Part shown: positions 1-9,883 of the stretch, one piece after another
Layout of the letters: each line of letters begins with the position of its first letter
Position numbering within the stretch: position 1 is the stretch's first letter
Origin: a virus
Reading direction: 5' to 3' (one strand)
DNA: 64,000 bases
Virus record (IMG/VR): IMGVR_UViG_3300025015_000010
Span: 104,735-168,734 of that record
Position numbers and translations under genes: made by a program
The notes under the pieces: generated by a model
Told to the model about the DNA's origin: nothing
Seen by the model: only the letters and a program-made list of their open reading frames with translations
Databases searched by the model: none

Positions 1-140
1 CTATGTCAAATCCGGGGACGATTACTTCGTTTACCGATTCTTTTCTGCCGACAGCCCGAGGAACTTGGTTATTTTCTGTCTATGTAACCGACGGAGTGAC
101 AGAAGCAACTTCGACGGAGAAAGTTGTGATTGTTCAGTAA
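1..140 (+). CDS. 3' end of a gene entering the window; Ig/FN3-like beta-rich C-terminus (possibly virion protein)
   Basis: Open frame from 3 to TAA at 138-140: ...TSFTDSFLPTARGTWLFSVYVTDGVTEATSTEKVVIVQ*. Confidence 0.5.
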   Translation, partial: MSNPGTITSFTDSFLPTARGTWLFSVYVTDGVTEATSTEKVVIVQ

Positions 141-154
141 GTCCGTAGTACCGC

Positions 155-207
155 AAATAAACAGTCGTGTTTGCCTTTTCATTGAGACAAACACGACTGT
201 TTTATTT
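155..207. terminator. Bidirectional intrinsic terminator-like hairpin
   Basis: 15-bp inverted repeat aaacagtcgtgtttg (159-173) / caaacacgactgttt (188-202), flanked by A and T tracts. Confidence 0.75.
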
Positions 208-338
208 TCGCTCATAATTCAACCTGTATGAGCATATCAAAAGCAAGTTATATGTTTTGTCAAGGACAGTATCTAGTAAATAGTGCTAGACTTACAATAG
301 GCACGTTACTTGTAAATTTATAATTAGGAGAAAATGGC

Positions 339-725
339 ATGTCAATCTACATACCCGAGAGCGCGGATATATCAGGTTTGGACGCATCATTCTGGAAGAA
401 GAAAAAGAAGCCTGCCCCCGCTGTTAAACTGTCAGATAAATTGATGAAAGTTAAGACTTCAGCAGAACAGAGCATGTTTAGTACAAAAGCTATTAGGATG
501 ACGACTGAACAAAGGTGCATTGCAATTGGTGGACGCTGGGACTCATCTACCAATAAGTGCTTCAAACGAGTATGTAACAGCGCTGATATAACTTTGCCAC
601 AGCCAGTAGACCCTTATGCTCAGGCAAAGGCTGATTGTGCTGCTAAGGGCGGGCAGTGGTATCCATTTGCTAACCCACAGAAGTGCTTCAAACGAGTATG
701 TAACGAGGCTGATGCTGGATTTTAG
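339..725 (+). CDS. Small Cys-rich protein with two internal repeats
   Basis: AGGAG SD; CxAxGGxW...KCFKRVCN occurs twice; 24-nt exact DNA repeat aagtgcttcaaacgagtatgtaac. Confidence 0.7.
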   Translation: MSIYIPESADISGLDASFWKKKKKPAPAVKLSDKLMKVKTSAEQSMFSTKAIRMTTEQRCIAIGGRWDSSTNKCFKRVCNSADITLPQPVDPYAQAKADCAAKGGQWYPFANPQKCFKRVCNEADAGF

Positions 726-754
726 GCCAATTAACCTAGTTGATCGGATGAGTA

Positions 755-1747
755 ATGTCTAGTAAGTTACCATTTCCAAGGACAGACCGTGAATTCCTGT
801 TGATGTTTCCAAACGAGGAAGCCTGTCTTGAGTATTTGATTGCGCTGCGTTGGCCCGATGGTTTTACGTGCCCGCATGATGGATCACAAGAAGCCTATTG
901 GCGACCAGGTAGAAAAGCGTTTGAATGCAAATACTGTAAGTATCAAGCCTATGCCACGGCCGGAACGGTCATGCACAGTTCTAAGATACCTCTGACCGAA
1001 TGGTTTTGGGCCGCTTGGCTTATGGCCACGCTCAAGCCAGGAATCAGTGCCTATCAGCTTTGGGAGCGGTCAATTATCAAGAAGTACGAAACAGTATTCA
1101 GCATGCTTCATAAACTACGCTTTGGTCTAGTAGATCCGAATCAACGGTTGTTCGATGGCATGGTCGAAGTCGATGAAACCTTCGTATGGGGCGAGAAACA
1201 GCCCAAAGGAACTAGAGGCCCCAAAGGTAAGATCATTATGGCTGGTGCTGTAGAACTCAGACACCGATCAGAGAAAAAGAAGAATTTTCCAGATTACTAT
1301 GCTACAGGCGTAAGGTTTCGAGTTGTACCCGATAGATCGGAAGAATCGTTAGCAGGCTTCGTCTACGATTCTGTGGCAGAGGGAAGCATGGTCTACACGG
1401 ATGCTCATGCGAGCTACCAACATTTAGACGTTCTATATGAACACTATATTGTTAGTGAATCCCGTGGGATGGACGCCGATAGCGTACTTCCGCACTTCCA
1501 CCACATTGTTGGTAATTTCAAGGCGTGGATCATTGGTACGCATCACGGTGTCAGCCCGAAGCATCTTCAAACCTATGCCAATGAGTATGCATTTCGAGTT
1601 TCGCATACCTACGACCAGTTTCTAGCGTTTCAGCTAATGTTGGGCTTTTCGCTCGTTTCTCGCGGTCCAACTTACCCAGAGCTTTATAACGTGGGCCAAC
1701 ACGGCGGATATGCCCACCTCTCAGGCGTGGGTCTAGGCTACTTATAG
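755..1747 (+). CDS. IS1595-family (ISXO2-like) transposase, apparently complete
   Basis: N-terminal FPNEEACLEYL..RWPDGFTCP and FECKYC Zn ribbon; VEVDETF, VYTDAHASY and GTHHGVSPKHLQTYANEYAFR motifs. Confidence 0.92.
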   Translation: MSSKLPFPRTDREFLLMFPNEEACLEYLIALRWPDGFTCPHDGSQEAYWRPGRKAFECKYCKYQAYATAGTVMHSSKIPLTEWFWAAWLMATLKPGISAYQLWERSIIKKYETVFSMLHKLRFGLVDPNQRLFDGMVEVDETFVWGEKQPKGTRGPKGKIIMAGAVELRHRSEKKKNFPDYYATGVRFRVVPDRSEESLAGFVYDSVAEGSMVYTDAHASYQHLDVLYEHYIVSESRGMDADSVLPHFHHIVGNFKAWIIGTHHGVSPKHLQTYANEYAFRVSHTYDQFLAFQLMLGFSLVSRGPTYPELYNVGQHGGYAHLSGVGLGYL

Positions 1748-1819
1748 CAGAATAGTTAGGGCTAGTTAAGTCTATGATAGGGCTAATGTTAAATTTACCG
1801 GCAAATAACGGATAAGCCT

Positions 1820-2689
1820 GATTGGAATGACAAGCGCCTATATTTCGAGTGCAAATACTGTCACAAGCAGACTTACTTGACGGCTGGAACCGTGATGCAC
1901 AGTTCCAAAATACCTTTAACGGAGTGGTTTTTGGCAGCATGGTTTATGGCTACGCTCAAGCCTGGAATTAGCGCGTATCAGTATTGGGAGCGTTCGCGCA
2001 TTGTAAGTTACAAAACCGTATTCAATATGTTGCACAAGTTGCGTTTCGGTCTTGTGGACCCAAATCCGTATACTCTGGAAGGTATGGTCGAAGTTGATGA
2101 AGCCCTTCTTTGGGGCGAGAAACAGCCCAAGGGCATCAATAAAGGTCCGAAAGGTAAAATTGTATTGGCCGGTGCTATCGAACTCAGAGAACGCAAGGAA
2201 AAGAAGAAGCACTTCCCGGATTATTATGTGACTCGGGTACGTCTACGAATCGTGCCTAATCGTTCGGAAGAGCACTTAGCTGGCTTCGTTTACGATACCG
2301 TAGCACCTGGGAGTATTGTTTACACAGATGCCCACGCGAGTTATCAAAACCTGGGTGGTTACTACGATCACCACGTTATCAGTGAAGCTCACGGAATGGC
2401 CGCCGATAGTGTGCTTCCAGCATTTCACCAGGTCATTGGGAACTTTCGGGCGTGGATTATTGGCACCCATCACGGTGTAAGCTCGAAGCACATGCAGACC
2501 TATGCCAATGAGTTTGCTTTTAGGGTGTCTACTACGTTCGATCCGTTCTTGGCATTCCAGCAAATGCTAGGTTATTCAGTCGTAGCGCGAGGCCCGACCT
2601 ATCATGAACTCTATAACGTAGGCGAAAAGGGCGGTTATGCCCATCTTGGGGACTGTAACTTAGGTTCCTTACCGCTCGTGATGTTCTAA
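1820..2689 (+). pseudogene. Second IS1595-family transposase, N-terminally truncated
   Basis: Paralogous to 755..1747 throughout; homology (W..FECKYC) starts at ~1820 directly after the right end of copy 1; first ~45 aa missing. Confidence 0.8.
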
Positions 2690-2904
2690 AAAGTTAGGAT
2701 AGTTAAGTCTAAGTTCTAGTGATATTTATAATCACATGTAAATAAGGCATAAGCCTGTGAATGGGTATCGTGATTTTGATCGTAAGCAAATTCACGAAGG
2801 CAAGGATAGTACAGGCTTAAAAGCTGCGGCCAAGGCTGGTAACGTTGGCAGCATATTGTGGGTGCCAGTTCCTAGGTCTAAGCATCGTGGTGTGGACACG
2901 GTGC

Positions 2905-5743
2905 CTAGGTAGATTTGATTTTCGCTATGGCACCGAGACCCTGGATTACAGCCCATGGCGCGAATCGTCGGAGTGTCGTGGTTTCAAATATAAGATCATA
3001 AGTTAATCCAGCCTGGCTAGTTTTATGATTATATAGTCCCACTCTTTCGCCATTGACATATACTTCAAGGCGAGTCGTTTTATTAGATTCAAAACTGTCA
3101 ATTAGATTTTTGACTTGCTCATTAAATGTGGCTTCATCCATCAAAATTTCTCCAGTATGGCACTAATTCTGCTTTTGAACATTACAGTCGTAGACCGGGT
3201 AACAACCTTTTCAGCTTCGGCCGACCAAGCAATCTCACCCGTAGATTCTTTCTTTACGTCAGCCAACACAGCTTTGATTACCAGCCCAGTGTCCTCTATT
3301 CTCATTTTTCGACTATGAGTTCCAGCCAAAGCATCTAGCACATGAGTCAGCCTCATGGGTGTTACCCACTCGGTAGCAATGGCGTTAGCTTCTTGGAGTA
3401 CAGCCAGTGTCGCGCCTTCAACTACTTTGCGTGGCTTGGCCGTCTCTTCAAATTCAGTATTTTTGTACTTCGCTACGATTCGCTCGCCATTATTTTTTCT
3501 GATTTCAATTGGCGGTCGGAGTACATCGCCTTCGCGTATTTTGTCTTCGATAATGCTACAAAGTTAGTGTGTTTTTCTCCGCCAGAAAAGAAAGTCAACT
3601 GGCCGTCTTTCCACAAAATGTGTGCCGAAGTCCCATGGAGTTTTTCTAGAGCGTATACCTCTTTGAATAGCAATACATCCTGGTTTTTGTATAGGTTCTC
3701 GATATCAGCGTAGCCCATTTTTAGTCCTTGGTCGGGTATATAATGCCAAGAAGTTTCTGGCCAAGTTCGTGACGTACCTGGTTCTTGACGATCACGTCGT
3801 CAAAATTTGTTCTAATAAGTTCGACAGCAACTACTCCTTGGAGCAGTTTAATCGCAGCCATGATGGCGTTAGAATGATCCTCATGTAAGTTATCTTCAAA
3901 TGTTACCAGAATGCCTTTGTATCTATCAGACACTAGTTCACCTCATAGAGTAAGTTGTATACCTCAGCGTATTTCCCGCCCGTACCAACATGAATAGCAT
4001 TTTCTGTCTGCATGCGTTCGGTCATGCACCAAGCCAAAGAATTAACTATAATGTCTGATTCGACAATAGCCTTCCAGTTTTTACCATACCGTCTAGCCCA
4101 ACGAGAATCAGCCTCGATGATTAATGCATTAGCCGACTTCCAGCGTGTAAATAGCCAGTAAGAGTCTAAAATACCGTCTGACTGCTCTTTAAGATCATCA
4201 AACATGTAGCATTTGTGCAGTAACCACAGCCTAGACCATGAGGTAAATTTATTCGTATATTTAGCATATTGATATAGCATAAGTCCAGCTATGAGTAGTA
4301 AAGCCAGAGATGTATATATGCCTATAATCATGGCTCAATATCCCACAGTGGATTGTCAATATCCTGATTGTGAAATACATCGGCGTAGTGGTCTACGGAT
4401 GTTCCGATGAGTCTATACAGTTCCTGTAGCTCAGCCTTGGTCAGGGTGCCATTTTGCTGTTCTAAACTTAATTGATTAATTCCAAAACCGTGTTGCGTGG
4501 CTAAATTCAATAGTTTTTCTACGGCCCTGTTCTTTCGAAACCGCTGTACGCCGATTCCATCGATTTCGGTAATATACACCCGCCCATTCATGTTGATCGG
4601 TATAGGCATATTTTCAGATTTACAAGCCACTGTCATCTAGCTTCTCCCTGATCTGTAGACTTGCTTCAAGGTCAACCCCGAAAGTAAACTTAGCTTCTTC
4701 TATGGCCGATTGAAGCAGTTGATCGATGCTGCTTTTGAGCATTTTGGCAATGCTTTCTTTGGGCACAGTGAACATGCCTGCGGCTATGCCGGACGATGCC
4801 AATAATGATGTTGCAGCCATAAAAAGACTAGTCGCAGCTATATCTCCTAAGTTTCTCTTTTCACTTTCGGCAATGCATCTCTCCAACAGTTTATTCTGAA
4901 TTATGTTACTTTCTTTTATCAAAATAGTTGCCGCTAGATTGTAGTCTTCTTTGCTTGTTTGGTTCAAAGTTTCTCTCCAGGATCAATTATTGCAAAAATA
5001 CCAGTTAATGGGTTACCCACAGTAATGAGCAGGTCGTCTTCAGTTAGTTCCTCAAAATCCTGAATAAAAATGTGCCATGCTTGAATTTTAGTCGCGTCAG
5101 TTTCTTCTAGCACGTCGCCTAGGGTTCGTATAGTGATTGTTCCAGATCCAGATTCGATTGTGAAGCCTGGACGTCGGTTATCGATTACTGAGGCCAGGGC
5201 AAGCAGAGTATCCAGCTTAGTATAGGAGCTTTCAACCTGCTCATCGAGTATGCTGAGGGCAAATTCAGCTTCCGGCCGATCCTGTGTATCTAAGTCGCCT
5301 ATGGTAAATGCGAGTGCATCTAGCCCTTCGGTATTACCTTCCGGGTTCAATGCTCCGAATTGGTCAATGAGCGTTTCGATAAGCCATGGCATGTCCTGTG
5401 GGTAGGTGCCAGAGCCATAAAGCGGAGTTTTCCCATAGACCCCGAGATACAATGACTGTTCGGACTCCTTGTTAGATAAATCCAGTCTAGCGTTTAGGTC
5501 AGCGTCGGCCTTTTCCTTGTCAAATTTGTCTATAGGGACTTGGCAGGATACAAGTGCATACCTATAGACTGAGTTCTCGACAGTCACCTTGATAGCCAGG
5601 TCGCGGGTAGGGATGACAGTAGTTCTGTGATCAGTCGTAACCATGCTACCCAGCGCAGACGGATGCACAAAGAAATCGGGCGAGGCATAGCGCTTCCAGC
5701 GTCGGCCGAATAGGTACCAAGTTTTAGAACTTTGTTCAGACAT
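2905..5743 (-). other. Block of tightly coupled hypothetical ORFs (2905-3144, 3721-3933, 3933-4331, 4328-4636, 4620-4967, 4964-5743)
   Basis: Co-oriented with overlapping stop/start codons; no recognisable motifs. Confidence 0.65.
3141..3718 (-). pseudogene. Rnl2-like RNA ligase with internal deletion and frameshift
   Basis: Motif I EKLHGTSA in 3473..3718; after ~3555 another frame gives REGDVLRP (motif IV) and RIVAKYKN (motif V), continuous with ORF 3141..3356; motifs III/IIIa absent. Confidence 0.75.
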
Positions 5744-5780
5744 TGTTAGGCTCCTTGTTTGAGGGTTGTTCGATGTCGTT

Positions 5781-6015
5781 TCATAATTCAATAGCTTTTT
5801 GCAAAGTAGTTTTTACACCTCTGTGATTTCGTTCGTCGTTTTCCTTGAGCCAACCTACAATGCCAGCAGATACCTGGGCTAAATGCGATCCGGTTTCAGT
5901 CAGTCAGATGGTCTAAGCGATGTTCTAGCCAAGTGACATAAGACAAATTGTCGATGTCAGTCAAACGAAAATCCTGGTATTGTGCATAGAGCACACTGTT
6001 TAGTGGATGAGCCAC
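5781..6015 (-). pseudogene. Small hypothetical gene disrupted by a 4-nt duplication
   Basis: AAAGGA SD + GTG; removing one unit of (CTGA)x3 at 5896-5907 gives a continuous ~76-aa ORF that fills the gap. Confidence 0.45.
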
Positions 6016-6024
6016 GCTATTCCT

Positions 6025-6507
6025 TTACAGGGTGTTTTCCTTAGGCTGGTTCTGCCAGTGATTATACTCTGTGAGTATGTCTAAGTCAAGATAATCTTTG
6101 TACTTTTTTGGGTTCGATCTGATTTCTGTGCCGCTCACAGGTATTTCTGTGCGCGGTATGACAATCAAATCAGCCCCGAGAGACTTAGCTATGGCCTCGC
6201 GGTGATCAGTTTCGCCAGAGAATAGATGTGTGATATTGGCCTTTCCAAACACTTTTTCGATGTATTTCACATGCAGTTTGGAATGTTCAGGGCCGAACTG
6301 GTGAGGATTCTGGCAGATCACTATCTGTACATTTGGAAATTTGTGCTTGATCCAGTTTGCTCGTACAAATGCCGGAATGTTGGTTACGTCAGGACGATTA
6401 TAAATCGCTACGAATAGTAAGTCAACTTGGTTTATAGCCTCCTGTAGCAGGTGTTCGTGCCCTTTGTGCAGAGGCACGAACTTGCCTAGTATAAGTCCTG
6501 TGCTCAT
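6025..6507 (-). CDS. NadR-like (HxGH) nucleotidyltransferase / NMN adenylyltransferase-like
   Basis: GKFVPLHKGH, RANWIK and terminal SGTEIR motifs. Confidence 0.8.
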   Translation of the reverse strand: MSTGLILGKFVPLHKGHEHLLQEAINQVDLLFVAIYNRPDVTNIPAFVRANWIKHKFPNVQIVICQNPHQFGPEHSKLHVKYIEKVFGKANITHLFSGETDHREAIAKSLGADLIVIPRTEIPVSGTEIRSNPKKYKDYLDLDILTEYNHWQNQPKENTL

Positions 6508-6773
6508 CCTGGTGCCTTCTTTTTGTAGTGCTGGTTCACGAATGGCAATACTGCCTTTAGGGCAGCAGTTATTTCGTAGCTACATCCAGTGCATCCACAG
6601 TTTGGCGCTTCTGGTCCTAGGTTGTCATAGACTTCTTGAAGCGCAGCACGCATAGCGTCGTACTGGTAGCCCAAGTAAATTATAGTAGGAATACTTGCAA
6701 CGCACAGGCCACAGCCTAGGGATATAAGTATTAGCATTAATGCAGACATGTCTCACCAAAATCTAGAGATAAA

Positions 6774-6809
6774 GTAAACAGCCTCTGGCTTTAGCCAGGG
6801 GCTGTTTAC
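6774..6809 (-). terminator. Intrinsic terminator hairpin
   Basis: gtaaacagcctctggct-tt-agccaggggctgtttac, followed by TTTAT on the minus strand. Confidence 0.7.
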
Positions 6810-7059
6810 GCATGGATTGTTTGGCGAGATTAGGAAGGTTTGTCATAGCACATTCTCTTTCGCCCACTGTTCAAAGGACTCCGTGCCCTGACTCAGTAGT
6901 CTCCTTGCTGCGTTGTAACCACCTAAAAAGGCAATCCGCCTGCGATCATCGCTTGGGACCACCTGGTTCATTTGACTCTCGGTCCAACTACACATGGCGG
7001 CTTCCCAGCCACGCTCATAATCACTGCGGAGTAACACCAGTGAGTCAAGCGCTTCAACT

Positions 7060-7575
7060 TCAGGCATACTGTAGATCTCCTGGGTGGTCAGTTACTAAAA
7101 CAAATTGCAAGGGAATTATAGAGGTTGTTTCAGCGTTTGTCAAGAAATTAATCAGCCACGGCAGTACGATTTCTGATTTCAACTTACCGTTACGGCATCC
7201 AAAGGGTACAACAAGTACCTGGTCGGTAGCGAATCCAGCACAGAAATCTGGAAGTTGCTGGACAGATTGCTTGACTAATTGGAGTGTCGAGTCCTGTTGC
7301 CATGATAGATGCGGCGCATTCGGATTTAGTGCCTTGGTGGGTACACAGACATACTGTCTGGTGCCTGTGTGTTTAAATAGTGGAAATGGCTGGATATTTC
7401 TATTTTCTTGACAAAAGTTACCGTAGATTTCAGGAAGTTTTGGGTCGCGTCGCGCAGCTTCCTTGGCTAACCCCGCGCCCATGATGTTATGCCCGTGTTT
7501 ATTCCAGCCCAGGTTGGTAGTTACACAGATAATACCAGGAAAATTAAAAACATTCCCAAGGACTATTCTCATCAA
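7060..7575 (-). CDS. Macro-domain-like (ADP-ribose binding/processing) protein
   Basis: CVTTN...MGAGLAK, PTK, VPFGCRNGKL motifs typical of phage macro domains. Confidence 0.7.
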   Translation of the reverse strand: MMRIVLGNVFNFPGIICVTTNLGWNKHGHNIMGAGLAKEAARRDPKLPEIYGNFCQENRNIQPFPLFKHTGTRQYVCVPTKALNPNAPHLSWQQDSTLQLVKQSVQQLPDFCAGFATDQVLVVPFGCRNGKLKSEIVLPWLINFLTNAETTSIIPLQFVLVTDHPGDLQYA

Positions 7576-7768
7576 TGTTTTCCAGCGTCAGGTCGATGTT
7601 TGTCTTGAGGTCATCCAGGTCATTGGCTGTAGTGGAGCCAAGCGTTTTGGATATTAACGTAAGGTTAGCCTGAATGTTAGCTATGAGGATTTGTAGCTGT
7701 AATGTTTTGTACATGTTGATTCTTTCTGGCCTAAAAGCACAGCGAAGGAATTCCAAGCATAAAAGGAG

Positions 7769-8520
7769 AACTGGCCATGCTTGTTCTAGATCAGAGTTGA
7801 TCTTCGGGTAACCATCCCGTCCCTTCGCCGTGCAGACTAAAGATATGGCATTTACATCGACCTCGCGTGTGGCACTTTTGCACTCGTCTTTCGCGTGTCG
7901 ATTTTAGACGACTAGATCAGAACTTAGTCTTGATCAGATCCACTTATTGACTGATGTTTCTGCCATAGTTTATTTCCGGCGATATCTGTCGTGAGCTACA
8001 GAGGAGAAAATTCCCAGCAAGCTTAGCTTTAACTAGTGTATGGCTAGGCTTGTTTTCCCGTGTCACAGATCTCGGCTTTGAGGCTTTTGTCGCATCGCCG
8101 TTTCTTGGAGCAGCCCGGTGGTCCATTTCTAGGTGGAGCGAACAATTTTGTGTTGCTTATCTCCGTTTTTGACACAGCACAAGAGTCTAGACTGTTGATC
8201 GCTCATGGATACGGCCAGTTGCCAGCCGCTGGACTGCACGATTTATTTGGTCAGTCAGCCTTCAAATTGTTGATAAAAATAGCTGACTGACCAAATATTT
8301 TTAACTAACCAGATAGTCTGTTCTATTTATGAGATGTATTCGTAGCAGTACCTGGTTAGTTATATTTATAGGCCAGTAGTGGTATCGGTATGCACTCTAC
8401 TTTGCGCTGGTGCTCGCCTTCAGCCTGTCTAACCGTTTTCGAGGAGAGCCGACTACTGGGATCACTACTGGCCTAGTTTTTTATAGTTTTGACTCGTTTC
8501 CGAGTCGTTTGTCTCTTATG
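7769..8520 (-). ncRNA. Candidate large structured non-coding RNA region (~750-800 nt)
   Basis: No credible ORF; starts just after a promoter; stems 8491-8506 (GAAA tetraloop on minus strand), 8369-8381/8463-8475, 8302-8312/8352-8362, 8244-8259/8282-8297, long-range 7769-7776/8213-8220. Confidence 0.6.
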
Positions 8521-8525
8521 CTGAT

Positions 8526-8554
8526 ACTATACACGGTTGATGTTTGAATGTCAA
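8526..8554 (-). promoter_or_regulatory. sigma70-like promoter
   Basis: TTGACA-N17-TATAGT. Confidence 0.75.
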
Positions 8555-9342
8555 GAAGAAATTTTGTTTTGAGATGGTTCGCACGTCCCTTTATGGTGTT
8601 CGTCCGTATACTCTGGTTTGAATTCCGCTGGTCTTGCCGCTCAACTACGGCTATGAGGTTGTCCAGCGGCTGCACCCCTGCTTGACAATGGATGACACCA
8701 GAAAAACACCCTAGTCGCTCCCTTCAGTTTTTAATTTCTCTAAACACATGTAAAGATTTCTGTGCATTTTATCTGTGCGAGGAAAAGATCCATGAAACGA
8801 GTTTTCACCAAGCAGCGCAGCCCATGAAATTAGGGTTGGCCCTATGCTCAGTGTTACGAGTTTACGGCTGTGGATACAGTATTCTACGAGGATTTCGCCG
8901 TCCGTTTCGTCTACTGTTATGTCAGGATCTGGAAGTCCTGTAGGTACTGCATCAAGGATTTGTTTTATGTCTTCCATGTTATTTCCGTTTTTCAAGCTTT
9001 TAACCGTGCGTTCGCTATCTTAACGTATGTGATATCATTCTCCCTGGATTTAATCCCTAAACAGTTTACGCCATCTAAGTTTAAATGTCAACTACTTTCC
9101 TTGATTCCTTGGACTAGTCCAGAGGCGCCTTTGAGTTTGAACCAATCTGGTTCTGATTAATAGGATGTCTTCACCAGATAGATTGCCGCGTTCACGGTCA
9201 ACAATATCTAAAAGTCTTGAAATCTCAGGATAGATTGATTCTCGCAGTACAGTGTTCATGATTATCCTCTCATAATTGGGTCGGCTGGTTGAGGTTATTT
9301 TCAACGGGCCTCCACCAAGTTTCCAGCCGACCCAAGTTAAAA

Positions 9343-9508
9343 TATCTGTCCCTACACGCCAAATTCGGAGCCGGAAGATTAGATTTCCTAGCTCAGCCTC
9401 GGGGACATATCCCCTTACAGGTTGGCCCGCCCGCTGAAAGGCCCTGACGAGCCCAGCGTCTCCCTAGGTTTCGGTGTCCGGCAACCTAACCTCCCCTCGG
9501 GACAGATA
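9343..9508 (-). ncRNA. Candidate ~165-nt structured RNA closed by a terminal stem
   Basis: GC-rich intergenic island; tatctgtccc/gggacagata closing stem; internal aggttg/caacct, cgctg/cagcg and gggga/tcccc stems; strand inferred from context. Confidence 0.5.
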
Positions 9509-9779
9509 ATTTGTTTTAACCCAGTTTCCTTTCTAATTCACGAATTTTGCACTCGAAGTCCATGCGAATTCTCTCGGATTCTACGTGTGTTAACCTAGTC
9601 CCAGCAATAATTAACAAAGTTTGAATTTGATGAATATCTAGCTTTGTCTCGTATGTACTTATGCTAAGCCGACCTAGGAGTAATACAGATTGTACAAAAT
9701 TTTCATAGGAAATTTGGTTTGATAGCGTCTGTGCTTCGTGCAGCAAATCCTCATATGATGCTATTCGATTCATGTGAGC

Positions 9780-9859
9780 AGTCTACCATGTCTCAAGACT
9801 GAAGTCAAGAGTTATTTACTAAAAATTTATGTTGACTGTAATCTATATTATGGTATAAT
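9780..9859. promoter_or_regulatory. Back-to-back divergent sigma70-like promoters
   Basis: Minus: TTGACT(9808-9803)-N17-TAGACT; plus: TTGACT(9832-9837)-N16-TATAAT(9854-9859); both with extended TG. Confidence 0.8.
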
Positions 9860-9883
9860 CCTAGTAACTCAAGGAGAAAAGTC

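Larger units (their letters stand above)
724..2758 (+). mobile_element. Tandem/nested IS1595-family elements with right ends at ~1820 and ~2758
   Basis: Both transposases are followed by agttagg..tagttaagtcta...aaataa.g..ATAAGCCTG; the same ATAAGCCTG terminus closes the MITE at 50440-50571; left boundary uncertain. Confidence 0.7.

Noticed and set aside
9440-9475. CTGACGAG as a hammerhead ribozyme core
   Set aside because: No stem II followed by GAAA in the required order on either strand.
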